This document shows, one piece after another, positions 10,701 to 23,300 of a stretch of 47,478 nucleotides of DNA. The stretch is from Psammoneis japonica (taxonomy: Eukaryota). Under the pieces are notes generated by a model. The model was not told the DNA's origin. It made no database searches and saw only the letters and a program-made list of their open reading frames with translations. Location: assembly GCA_008632985.1 (NCBI GenBank), contig QPGO01000089.1, positions 310,001 through 357,478 on the forward strand. Reading direction: 5' to 3'. Made by a program: the position numbers and the translations under genes. How positions within the stretch are numbered: the first letter of the stretch is position 1; each line of letters starts with the position of its first letter.

Positions 10701-12474
10701 ACTTGGATACCATAGCTCGTAGCATTCGCCGTGAAAATGCAGAACAGGTCATCGAAGCCGCCAAGTGGGATGATGCATCAAGTGAAACGAGTCTCTATGT
10801 AGTTAAACCTTTTGCAAGGATTCCCCTTTTGTCCTCCCAGCGCTTGATGCTCCGAAAACAGGATACGCTCTTGAACCGCTCTCTCAATTTCAGAGTTGTC
10901 AGGAGCTTTTGGACTCCGAGACGGGTTTGCTTTGGATCCGGGTTTCTGAAGGGTTGAAAAAGGACGAAAAGTTGTGTGGAAGTGTCTCCGTGGATCCCGC
11001 GATGCCAAATACTTTGGTCGGAGCACGTGTCTGCAGGGGTAGGGATTGGGACGAGAGAAGGCACGGAAACAAAGATGGCGGTGACGGTAAGGAGGGGACG
11101 ATTCTCAAGGGCTACTCTGATCAAAATGTAGCCGTCAAGTGGGACAGCGCCGCCACTACATCAGGGAATCCTATTCATTATCGTGCAGGAAAGGATGGCT
11201 TTCACGACCTTTCTTTTTCGAAGACTACGCCGCCTCAGGGCTGGCTGTGCGTATCTCCCTGGGGTTGTGCCGGTCTGTCTATCGTTACCAGGATAAACGA
11301 CGCAGTCAGCTGTTGTGGTTGTGGTGAGGAATTAGAGAGCCACAAGAAGAGGAACGCGTCGAAGGCTGGAGAAGTAATTGTTGGAGACTGCGCCTTAGTC
11401 GCCGCTACACTAGAGTGCGTAACTGTGGAGTCGATTGATGCCAACGGTCGTGTTCTTTGCTCCTTTTCGTCCGTCGCACGATCTCTTGGAGCCGGCAAGA
11501 AAGAATTTTGCGGTTCTTTCTCTGTCTGGTATAAACCTGAAGATTTGGTAAAGCTGGACGATGAAGCTCACTCAGAAGATGGCGAGGAACGTAGAATACT
11601 AGATGGAAAGTCAAGAACAAGGCGTGAATTCGTGCTTCATTTCGACCGCAATGTTGTACGCGCACGAAAGGAGTGGGAGACCTCTGTATTCCGTGAGCAG
11701 CCGGATACCGGTACGTCTTGCGAATATGCGACGTGTCTTAGGGGTCACCTCCTTCATTCAAGATGTTTTCAAATGGCGTTGATGAAGGGTGGTCGCTGCC
11801 CTGAGATGGGATGCAATGAACGGCTGTGGATGCCAAAAGTTCAGCGTGTGAGAAACCATTCTGTCGACGAAATGGACTGTGGGATTGACCATCAAGCAAC
11901 TACGGAGGCCCAAGTATTGCAGGCATCTTCGCAGCTAAGACAAGTAGCAGATGCTGTGGCACTGAGAGAGCGAGAAGTCGGAAGCATTGGAAACGTAGAA
12001 GCTGCACTAGCCACATCAGGGGATCTGAGAATGTGTCCCTCGTGCTTTGCAGGACCCCTGTATAATTCTGATTGCTCCAATATGACACGCCATCATGGTG
12101 AATGCACAGCGGCCTTGTTTCAAGTAGGCATCGGGCAATGTACCCCCAATGGCATCTTTCAAGCCTCCCATGCTGAGATTGCAGCCTCGGTGATGCAACT
12201 CGCTGACACAAAATCTGTGCCGGAACGTTTACCACGGTGTCCCACGCATGCTGCGATTGTGATGTTTAACGGTTGTATGGCCTGCGGCCATCTGTTTGCA
12301 AATATGGAATGGTATGAACTACCTCCGTGGGACCCACTAGCAAAGGATCGATTGAACCTTGACAAGTCAAAAATGCAGGCCACGAGATTGCTGGCACAGC
12401 AAGTTCGACAAGAAGCGACACTTTTGGAGTTTGAACGCGACGCTCTTGTGGAACTGGAAAAGCTAGAGGAATAG
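7783..12474 (+). CDS. Large putative E3 ubiquitin ligase (UBA-like, zinc fingers, RING, Mind-bomb SH3 repeat, MIB/HERC2 domain), split by three frame breaks
   Basis: Overlapping ORFs 7783..9090, 9081..10667, 10598..10957 and 10909..12474. RING CCWC...CLGGHGMHAAC...CPTCR; Mib repeat VGDVVEIHADV...GGWNKSM...GSKGEI; MIB/HERC2 GARVCRGRDW...DGGDGKEGTI...VAVKWD...YRAGKDGFHDL. Breaks near 9000-9040, 10535 and 10835. May be a pseudogene or assembly indels. Confidence 0.75.
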
Positions 12475-12486
12475 GTAAAATGACAG

Positions 12487-12880
12487 AGACCTGAGCTAAA
12501 TGGCACGACGTCTTATTCGGTTCCTCCCTGGCATAAACTCTTGTTGATTGCATAGCCCAGGAGACCGGTAGAAGTAAAATGAATGCTCTTTGTCATTCTT
12601 ACTCTTGTCTATTCCCCTCTACTAACTTGTGGATGCAACACTACAATTCCGATTTGTTTCGCGGACGTGGCCGGGATTACCACAAGTCCCGGCCCAGAAA
12701 CCAACACCGTGTCATTTCCAAAGGCGGTGCATCTGCCTTTTTTGTCCATATCTTAAAAGCTTCGAAACCGCGTTTCCTAATCTTCTTCTTCTTCTTCTGT
12801 ACTATCCACAGGATGTCGGACTCATAAGTTCTATATAGCTGGCTTACCCCGCTTGGTTTTATCGAAGTTAATACAGTCAT
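12487..12880 (-). pseudogene. Duplicated 3' fragment (C-terminus plus 3' flank) of the lipase gene
   Basis: ctgagctaaatggcacga.gtcttattcggttcc, acaagtcc.gg.ccagaaaccaaca and gcttcgaaaccgcgt match 16350-16660. Confidence 0.7.
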
Positions 12881-13253
12881 GATTCTGGAGAAGAAGCAAG
12901 CACCTTGTGCTGTAAAAATGAAATTGTGAGCGCGCCAAAATCTATTATTGCGTAATGACGCACGCACGATTCAAACTTATTTAGTGTATACAAAGTTGAA
13001 TATGATGATTCTTTTGCCTACTTAAAATGAATAATTGAGTTATGAATACGTTTAAAAAAAAGCCGTTTGCATTTTGCAGAACGCGCACGTAGTTCCCAAT
13101 ACAAATTCTACGTAAGTACTTGAGACATGCCTTCCAACCGCCAAGGATTGCAGCGCAAAAGCTGACTGAATCTCGCCCACAGCCACAACCCACAACGACA
13201 ACAGCTCCGTCATTTTCAAACCAGAGAGCAAGTGAGAAGTTAGGATTACTACC

Positions 13254-15956
13254 ATGGTCGAACAGCAATTGGACTCTTCGTATCCACGTAAGTTGCTCGA
13301 GAATATTGCGGCGGACGTCCTAGGCGTGGGAGGGAAGAAGGATCGCGCTGGCCTCAACGGCAAGCAGTTGGGTGAATTCTGCGTGGACGAACTCACGGTA
13401 TTCCGAAACAAGTTCGGTCAGTCTCTGATATTGAGCTACGCTTTTACTTTCACGGGCGAGAATGGTGATGAGTGTGTGTTGGCAGCGGGAGGAAAGCAAA
13501 ACGAGAAGAGCAAAGCCAGGGTCTTTGTCGCGAAGGAGATAAAGAAAGACATGTTGGTTGCCGTCAAGAATGACCCTACAGCATGGGTTCCTGCCGACGA
13601 CAACGGTTATCTCAAAGCGTTAGAAAGCAGCAGCTACCAAGGAATGTTCGCCTCGTATGTTTCATCCCACGTTGCCAATTGCTCAGCTCAAGAAGCAGGA
13701 GAGTGGTTTGAAAAGGGTAAATATACGGAGGAAGTGGAAAGACATGTCGGCAATATCCGGCAAGGGGAGGAGGAAGTAAGTATACGCGCATATGAATTTG
13801 TTCAAATGACATGATACTGCACTTCTGCATGCTCATCTAACTCCTTGTTTTCTTTCCTTGAAACTTGTTCCTCATCTCTAGCGTCGTACCGCGGCATCTA
13901 CTACACAGCGGACCGTACCGGCACAGGTGCAAGAGACTCGTTCGAGTACCGACGATGAACAGTTGCCGGTGAGTACATATTGTTATATTGTACTTTAGCA
14001 TACACGCCGTATGATACTTTGTAGCATTCTATCCCATGTGTGCTGACTTATTCATTTTGTATGCCGTTTCTCAATGGAACTCTCCGCAGATTGTATCATC
14101 TTCCGAGTCGACGGCGGCACAACGCACTGGTGCTCCTTCCGTAGTGACGGGCTCCGCTTCAAATCAAACTGAGTTACTTGCGTCCTTGCTGGCTGGTGCT
14201 GGCCAAGGAACGGGGGTCAACATCACCATTAATCAATATCAAGGCGGAAACACCATTAATCAATATCAAGGCGAAAACATGCATGTCGGCGACAACATCA
14301 GCAGCGACGCCGCTCCATCCAGCACTGACGGTAGCACCGCCGCTCCATCCAGTACTGACGGTAACAACGCCGCTCCATCCAGTACTTCTGACGGTAGCAA
14401 CGCCGCTCCAACCGGCACCGACGGTGGTGACCGCACTCCTAGTTGGGTGGAACGAATCTTGGAGGGACAGGAACTCCAAGGCAAACGAATCGTGGCGGAG
14501 CAGGGTCGCCAAGGCGAACGAATCTTGGCGGAACAGGGTCGAGTCTTGGCAGAACAGGGACGCCAAGGCGAACGAATCTTGGCGGAACAGGAACGCCAAG
14601 GCGTGCAGCTAAGCGAGGTGCACAAACAGGCGACTACCAAGAAGCCGCCTGCTAGTGCCAGTCGCTACAACCATCATACCCCCGAAGATACTTCACGGTA
14701 CGAAAATAATGATGTATCCTCTCCACAGTGAGTTTCCGAGATTGTTTCTTTTTGTTATTTTGCGATTACAGTCATTAATTGTTGTGACTTACTTGTTTCT
14801 CATGTGTTGTTGGCAGGCGCAAGGAGGAGCCCTCGGTGCCCCATCGGAGTAGCGTCCGCGAAGAACCTGGCCTTCGGACGAAGCTGGAATACGACGACAA
14901 CGTCCCGGATCCGACTAACACAAACGTCGCGCAGATGGCGTTAAAATTTAAGGATAAGGTACTCGAGAAAACGATAAAGGTGAATCCCGATGTCCCGATT
15001 CAACGAGTTTTTGATCAGTACAATGAATGGCGAATCGATGTGAATTCTCCCGACAGGTTGATCTTCATATTTGAAGGAGATGAAATCAAAGACACCAGTC
15101 AAACACCAAACAAGTTACAAATGATAGACGGAGATCTTATTTGGGTGGTATTGAAGAAAGGCGTCAAGAACCACGAGATCATTGAGCTTTCAAGTGATGA
15201 GGACGATAAGGACGAAGACGCACCACCAAAGGAGGATAAGACCCCCCCTTCTTTTTGTTGCTTAGGTGACAAATGCAAGCATAATCGTCCGGGCCATGTG
15301 CCTCACGAATGCCACGCAGCGGGTTGCAAAGCGCAAATCCACCACCTTTGCGCCCTTGAAGAAAAGCTACTCGGTCAAAATGAGAATCATGCCTATTGCT
15401 GCAAGGAGCACCAGATCTCCGGTGAGCTCAAGGAGCAACAGCAGTCTTCCGAAAACAAGCCAAAGGCAGACAGTCTTGCTGATGTTATCTACGGAGCAGC
15501 AGCGGTGGCTGGAAATGACAGTCGCCTTGTCGCTGCAATGCAGCCTACGTTTGATGTAGATCCGAAGCTCCGTTCGAGTTCGAATTCTAGCACGCCCGTC
15601 AATATGGTATGTGGTTTTCTTTTCATATTTTTCTCATTCTCAAACACTACACCCCCTAATCAAATGCTTTTGTCTTTGCTGTGATTGCTTTGCTCAAGAA
15701 TACGAACGTCGATAGTGGTCCCGTCAACGAGGTATGTGTGAGCGTCGATAGAGAAGATGATGGTGCCTCCGAGGGTGACGCGAAGCCGAGTGGCGATGGC
15801 GACGCTGCTGCCACCGCAGGTTCTCGAAAGGCCCCAGCTGGCACGGCGACGATCCGATGCGAAGCGAAAGTCAAGGGCGGGCATCGTCGCTGCAAAAATA
15901 AATTCACGCCCAAATGTGAAGGGGAGAAATTCTGTGCCTTGCACACTCCCAAGTGA
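13254..15956 (+). CDS. Spliced gene encoding a SUMO-like (Rad60-SLD-type) ubiquitin-fold domain plus Cys/His zinc fingers and low-complexity repeats
   Basis: Phase-compatible exons 13254-13775, 13882-13968, 14090-14727, 14817-15606 and ~15699-15956. Donors GTAAGT, GTGAGT, GTGAGT, GTATGT; AG acceptors; ctaac/ctgac branch-like sites. LIFIFEGDEIKDTSQTPNKLQMIDGDLI is SUMO-like. FCC...C...C...C...HHLC...CCKEH and a terminal C-x10-C...C..H finger. Confidence 0.75.
14305..14600 (+). repeat. Coding tandem repeats (AAPSSTDG.. x4; RILAEQGRQG x3-4)
   Basis: Direct repeats gccgctccatccag.actgacggta and gaatcttggcggaacagg, also present in the paralog at ~46160-46460. Confidence 0.85.
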
Positions 15957-16528
15957 GCGAAAATTCCATTTTCGACTCTGCGTTGCCTCTGTGTTGGTCT
16001 TCGTGATGTGGCAAAATAATCGTACTCGTATTTGATATGTTGGCGTTCGAGAGTACTACTTGATATTGAGAAATAGCAACTAAAGTCAACATTCTGTATC
16101 TTTGAATTGAAAACGAAATGACTCTATTTTCTTACGCTGTCTACCAAGCCGCACACTACCAATAGCATGGATTTAACACCCCGAAAGGATAAGCCGATCA
16201 CAGAAACCGAGCTAGCATTATCGATGGCGGGAGTGGCATTGGGCGTGCCATTGCCGTCGTCCCGCTTCCTCCTCGAGACGTCGTCACTCATTACTCTCCT
16301 GCGCAAATCGATGCCATTTGTGCGTCGTGATCTCGTTTTTTGTATGGCCCTGAGCTAAATGGCACGAAGTCTTATTCGGTTCCTTCATGAGTCGTAGTCC
16401 TGGCATAAAATCTTGTTGATTGCATTGTCCAAGGGACCGGTAGACGTAAAATGAATACCCTTTATCATTCTTACTCGTATCAACCTCCCTCTACTAACTA
16501 CTAGCGGATGCAACACTATCATTATGAT

Positions 16529-17979
16529 CTATTTCGCAGACGTAGCCGGACTGGCTACAAGTCCTGGTCCAGAAACCAACATAATGTGATTTTCCAAGGC
16601 GGTATCTGCCACTTTGGTTTTGGGTCCATATCTTATGCTTCGAAACCGCGTCTTCTCATCCGCTTCTTTTGAACTATCCACATACAAGACCGGCACAGAG
16701 ACCGGTTTGTCGTAACAAATGAGCTTACCGACACGTCGATAGAGCTTGGCTTGTTCCATCATTACTCTCATTTTAAACAAACTCAAATGCAAATTGACGA
16801 AGGACCTGGCAAACTGATCGGCAACGTCAGACGACGCCTTGGTTGCATCGTCCAGGAAGGCATTCAAAAAGTCATCAATAAACTCAACATCCGAGTATCC
16901 TCTTGGTACAACGTCAGCATTAAACACAACGTTGCGCATATAAGTTCAATCGAGTCATGAAAAAAGCTTAAAGTATCCTCGGAAGGCTTGTCCAAGACTG
17001 TCGTCACGAGCGCAGAGATTGCAATGCCTATGATATCGACGTCCTTCAACGCTCCGACAAGTTTAGTCCAAAAGGATCCACGATGATCCGGCGGAGCTCT
17101 TGTACAAAGGTGTGCAACTTGAGCTAACCCTCCACCAAGAGAGTATCCGGCGAGAATCACTCTCTAGTAATGGGAGTTCCATCCCGTTTGAATCGATTTG
17201 AGTCTTGCTGTATTTTCCATTGGCGTAATTGACGATATCCGTGGCGTGCTTTTTGAGATAGACATACCTGCTCATTTCATAATATGCTTTCTGTACACCA
17301 AGTCCCTGCAACTTGTTTCCATGGCGACACCCCATCAACATTGGCATCGACAATGATATCTTTGATTGTCACTGTCGCTCGGCACCCCATAACGAGTGCC
17401 GAGCCTGTAATTATTCCAACAAAGGTGGGAGCATTCAAAGACAGTCGTTCCGTTACCAAATCCCGTCCAAACGCGACTCCATTCTGAAAGAAGCGTACCG
17501 TCAAGTCTGGAAACATGTCTCGGATGTTGACTTCTTCTAAAACCTTTTCAAAGCCTCGCCGCGATGCAGCTTCATAAACACCTCCATCGACCGTGTGTCT
17601 TCTTCCACACCAAAAAATTCTTGGATGAAAGATGCTTGATTCCCTCAATATCGATTGGAGTAGAAGCGTCTAAAACTTCAGCGGCGGCAGCAGCGCACTC
17701 TTTGGTTTCCAATTCTTGCCACGCTTCAATCTTTCGAGCCGTGTCCTGATAGCGTTTCTCGAGTACCACCATGTAGTCGTCCGATTCTTGTTTCTCGTTG
17801 CCTTTTGGTGCTGCTCTTGTGACTCTCGCGTTTCTCGGATTCAACAAGCAAAGTGCTAGAGCTCTTTTCCACTTCTGATGTGAGTGCTCTGCCTCTTCTC
17901 GTTTCATATCCTGACACGTGACATTGTGCTCCCCACTCCCCAACTTGCGCCTTCCGCAGAATGGCATCCACCACACCAT
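16529..17979 (-). pseudogene. Class 3 lipase-like (alpha/beta hydrolase) gene with about four frame breaks
   Basis: Successive minus ORFs supply LVMGCRATVTIKDIIVD (FRGT-like), GVQKAYY, the nucleophile elbow ILAGYSLGGGLAQV (GxSxG) and NVVFNADVVPR. The frame changes between each ORF. Confidence 0.75.
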
Positions 17980-18430
17980 CGGCCGGTTAGGTTACCGGAT
18001 AGGTTCACCAACTACAAACACGGCACTTTCCCTACAAACAAGGTGTTTTTTTTTTTCAGGTAAGTTTCCGGAACGTTTGGCAACATGCATGCATGGCCCA
18101 ATCTCAACTTCTCCTCGTCTTGTTCGTTACTCGCGCCATGGTGTCGAGAGATAGTCATTCAGTTTTAGATTAACTTCCACCTCTTTTGGTTGGTTGCTTG
18201 GCGTTGCGTTCGCTCTCCATGCACTTGCATGACAGACATGACGGTCCATGCAGATTGATTCATGGCCGATGGCCGGATGGCCGCCATACACCCCTGTGGT
18301 AGGGGAGAATATGGTGATGTCATGGTTACGTGGCAGTTTATATCTTATTCATTATATTTTTATATAAATGTCCTCACATTCATTTATGCATTTGTACACA
18401 AATGCTAATAGTAGCAGGAAAAATCCTGAA

Positions 18431-20382
18431 CCACATTCTCCCCTAAAACTCTAACCACCAAAAACCGAGGGGTCGGAAGCGCACTTTTGGGAGCTCTTTT
18501 TCTCCGCACAAAAAACACGCGTTTCGTCGACTCGACCATGACGACCTCCCGTTCTTCGTCCCCCACACCACCTGATGCATCCCCGCCTGCCATGTCTGAT
18601 GCGGCAGTCCCTCCTGCATTGGCCAGCACCGTCACACCCGCTGTCGTTACCCAAACACAGCCGATTTGCCATCCGGAGGATTTGGGCTTCTGTTCGCCGG
18701 ATCCTGTGCCTGAAACACAAACACAGCGCCATGATTGGTCTGCTCCTGTCATTGCGTCCCCGGAGAAACTAGATTCTCGTTCACATCGCCGTGTTGTGGA
18801 AGGCACTGATGAGCCTTCTCTCAAACGGTCTGGGGTGCAGCTCCAAAACCAGGTCAAAAAACAAAAGCAACAAACCGACGTCAAGGTTCAGTGGGCATGG
18901 CAGAGGAGCATCTATGACAGGAGGCATGGTGACAACCTTTCTCAGGATGATCATTCCCAAGCAGAACCTTGTCCATCTGGAGGTGATTGAGACTCACCCA
19001 GAGCCCAGCGGAACCAATCGGAGCCAACAACAAGTGTCAAGATGAACCGCAGCAACATGTGAAGGAGGATGTAGCCAATGGAGTGTGGGCAGAGAAGGTG
19101 CCGGCATGCAAAGTGGCAGCATGGCTGTTGACAAGGCACCAGTTTTGAAGGTCTGACAGTGACAAACACAAAGAGCATTTGCCAAAAGCACGTTGCTGCC
19201 TGCCTCCATTTTAGCAACATGCAAAAACAGCATGTTGCACATCACATGTAGAACTCAAACGGCAAGAGTGGCCTCTTGTGGAACTGCACATGATGACCCA
19301 GTCCTGGAAAATGGAGCAGTGTCCAAGTCACATGCACCATTTGAAACCTTGCCAAATCGCCTGCAAACAAATGCCAACTCGCTGACCTCTCCAACTTGAA
19401 ACTAAAAAACTGTGAAAGCATGCCTGCCATCTAATTGTCATCAGGTTTCTAATTTACAGAGAGCTGCACAATGTGTCTGCATGTTCTAAAGATTAGACTG
19501 CACTCGAGAGCCAACCAAGAGGCACCATTCATGTCCATTGATGTGTCATCCATCAGCAGGCCGTGGTTGTGTGGGTTTCCTGGTCCGCCGTCATCCGTCA
19601 TCCATTGTGTTCCTTCCAAAGCAAAAACAACAACAGTGTCAACAGCACCTGCGGCAGCAAGGGCAGGAGCAACAGTGCCGGGCATGCCAGGGGGCCGAAA
19701 CGCAGGTGCGGCACTGGAATTCGTGACAGCATCTGTGGGAGGTGGTGGGGCGAGAATGAAAGAAGTGTGAGTTGTTGGCATTTCATTGTGGACGTTGTTG
19801 GCAAAATGCAACAACAGCATCAACAGCACCTGCGGCAGTGAGGGCAGGAGCAACAGCATTGGGCATGCTGGGGGGCCAAAACGCAGGTGCGGCATTGGAA
19901 TTCGTGACAGCATCTGTGGGAGGCGGTGGGGCGAGAATGAAAGAAGTGTGAGTTGTCAGCATTTCATTGTGGACGTCATTGGCAAAATGCAATGACAGCA
20001 TCAACAGTGCCTGCGGCAGCAAGGGTGGGAGCAACAGCATCGGGCATGCTGGGAGCCCGAAACACAGGTGCGGCGCTGGAATTCGTGACAGCATCTGTGG
20101 GAGGCGGTGGAGCGTGCAAACAACAGTGTGAGTTTGCAGCATCTTATTTTGTGCGCATCAAACCCACGAGAACCGGAATGATGACATTGCCTGTTGTGTC
20201 AGTGTCATTGGCAACGGTGTCAGCAGGATCGGCGTCCTGGGAAGGCGATGGGGAAGAACCACGAGGCATCGTCATGGTCGAGTCAACAAAAACGCGTGTT
20301 TTTTGTGCGGAGAAAAAGAGCTCCCGAAAGTGCGCTTCCGACCCCTTGGTTTTTGGTGGTTAGAGTTTTAGGGGAGCTGTGG
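18431..20382. mobile_element. ~1.95-kb non-autonomous DNA transposon with ~140-bp TIRs
   Basis: ctcccctaaaactctaaccaccaaaaacc.aggggtcggaagcgcacttt.gggagctctttttctccgcacaaaaaacacgcgttt (from 18438) is inverted at ~20290-20376. No clear TSD. Confidence 0.85.
19629..20112. repeat. About 2.7 tandem copies of a ~181-bp unit
   Basis: Unit starts ...cagc(a/g)tcaacag..cctgcggcag at ~19629, 19810 and 19991, each followed by ggaattcgtgacagcatctgtggga. Confidence 0.85.
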
Positions 20383-23300
20383 AATGGGAATTTTTGCTTG
20401 TGGAACACACACATTCGTGTGGATGTTAAGTGGGCGCACCACAGTTCTCGGCCCGTTCATTTTCTACGTGGCCTGGTGCAACCCAAATCTGTGTAGATTC
20501 AGTGCATTTCGCCCTGTAGAACAGTTTTTGGGTGTGTTTTCTGGCTCGCGACGCAAAACAACACGCAAAATAACACGGACAATGGCGTTTCGCCGATTTC
20601 AAAAATGCGGTTGTTTCTGAGGTACTTTGTAGTGTGCTCTCAACGGAATGTCACACGTCACAGCATGGGGCATGTGACAAGCTCGAGAGCACACAGGTTC
20701 ACATGGGTGGATCATGGTGAAATTTTGAACTGAAGATTGGTGTTGACACCGCCGATTTTGTTGCATCAACACGCAACTCATGCATCACCATTCATGCTGT
20801 GCATTTCGTTGAGCACTCACACGCTCACATTCTTTCAACTTACACACATGTTGTCTTTCCTCATTGTTGTTTTGTTCTGCAGGGTCTCCCTTGCCATGGG
20901 CCATCCCTGAGAGAGAAATGCTTGCTTTGAATGTCACTTCTACCTTGCAACGGCCACGGCAGTCTGACGACAAGTCCAAGTCACAGATGCAGCATCCGGA
21001 TGACTTCACAACAAACACAGAAGCTTGGGTCTGTGGTGTCTGAAGATGTTCAAGCTCTTGGCAGCTCAGATTTGTCGTCGAGCAATTTTGACGCGCATTT
21101 GACGTGCCTCCAGAAGGTGATGCGGAGTTTCATTCGACAGAGAAATGAGCCATGGCGATTGTGATGGCTTGCATTGAGTCTCACAGATGCAAGGCAGTTT
21201 ACAATGTAGAAATGTGTGACTCATTTGCCTCATCTGCTAAGCCTGTGCAACACATTTAGATGTCAAAGTTGGGGCAAATTATGCACAATGCCAAGTCTCC
21301 AAAAACAGCACAAGAGTGCAAGCCCAAAAGAAGAATCAGCTTCACAACTCATCATGGGAGTGTAGAGCTCATTTTTCTGGGGCATCATGTCTCTGTTGTT
21401 TTCATGGAGTGGACATTCACTGGTGTTGTTGCCGCCAACGTGCGAGTTCGCCTTGACAACATGTTGCACTGCATTCTGAGAGTTTGGAATGAAAAAACAA
21501 CTTGCGTTTGCATTGTTCTGTCATGACAGAAATGCACGAGCCATCCCTGGCCCTTTTGGAGAAATGGGGCAAGTGAAAGAGGAGCTACAGAAAGACACGG
21601 ATGATGCCATTTTGATGGATTGTCGTCAGGTGGTGTGTCGAGAGGAGTCGTGATGGAGTGCCGCTTTGTGTTTTTGCACTGCGTCCATGTGGGAATGTAC
21701 GTGCTTGGCTCTCGTGTAGTTTCTGCGTAAAAAGTGCACCAGGCGATCTCTGGACTGCCCTCTTAACATTGAAACTCAACGCACGGCGAAGCCGTGTGCG
21801 CACAACCACGCACACACACACAGCTCCCCTGCCACAGGGGTGGCCGCCACAGCGATTCAGGCTCGGTCCAAACGCTTTCAGTTTTTCGAAATCGGGCAAG
21901 TGGGGGACTGCGTCACTCAAACAGAGTGGAACTCTGCTCAACGCACTTCACCGTGTTGTAAATTGAAATCATGTGGCGAAAGCACGGTGAAACTGGCAAG
22001 TGGCGGAGAATGTCCAAATGACAATTGGCAGGAAAGTGGCATCATCGAGCCTGTCCTAGACACATGTTCTCTAAGGAGAACCAGAAAACGCATCCGCGGC
22101 ATGGCAAGTGCGGTCATGACGGCGGCATGGAAATCTGATTGGACAAACAACATCAGCCATGAACTGCACTCTTCACAACAAGTGATGTTGACATCATTGT
22201 TGCCCCCCAGCACCTGCCAGCATCGCGCAGACCCCAGTCTGCCGACCGGCAGGCACACACCAGGTTCTAGAGCAGTCCCCCATTTGATCGACTGAAAGCG
22301 TTTCCACTGCTGGCACAGGTGAGCCGTGCTGGATCGGATCGACGGATCGCACCCCTGTGGACTTCAGGTCTCACCCATTCCCAGCACTTTGTCGTGCATT
22401 GCATTGGTGGATCTCGTCGTCACTCCCCAACATTTGTCATTGCTCACCACATCAGCACTTCGCGCACTGTCCATTGCAGACATCCGGAATGTTCCGTTCA
22501 TCAACAAAGTCTTGGAAGACGATGGCACCTGTGTGCACCACCACACGAGTGGGAAGAGACCGTTGTTGATCTCTCTCACGTTGCCTTGCTGGTGGATCTT
22601 GTGCCAAAGCACTGTCCTGTGGATTTGGCTCAAAAATCATTGATGGCTCACTCTTCTTCCACCATGCACCCACTCAAAAATGCCCTTCCGGCTGACAGTC
22701 CAGTCAGCTTCATCCGCAAAAGATCAGCCCTTGCGCGCCAATTTCTGCACCATCAAAACTCCTTGTGACAGTGCCAAAGACATGTTCCATGCCTTGTTAG
22801 AAGTTCTCAAAGAACATCCTCTTGCAATGGTTTTGTCCTGCTGGCGCTGTTCCCAACCAGAAGCTTTCGACAAAGCAGTGCAAAAACAATGTGCAAAACA
22901 AGTGCCAAGACCCATGTCGCTCCGGTCATTCATTGCACGGAAGCCATCTCCTTTTGCTTGTCCACTGCAATTGAACAAGTTGCAAGAGTGTTGGATGTGG
23001 TGCCATCCAAGAATCTCACTGCTGCCCAGAGGTGCAACATTCTCTGGTCAACAAGGATTGTTTTCATCAAGCAAAGCATTGCATTTCAGAGCATCTTCCA
23101 GAATGGTTCAAAGAGGTCACCATCAATGCAGGGATTCCTGACAGTCAGCCCAACCCATGATTTCTGGAATCAGCAATGACATGCCCGACACTGTTCAATC
23201 CATTTCTTCTGCCAGTGTCCAGAGTTGGGTGTCACTTGACATGTCTCCAACAACTCACCTGCTGGATCCACACCACCACCCAAGTTTGCACATTCTGCAG

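Noticed and set aside
21900..23100. Possible LINE reverse transcriptase (GFRA..., ALSKA-like words on the minus strand)
   Set aside because: Resemblance too weak; no convincing QG...SP or YADD-equivalent motif in a consistent frame.
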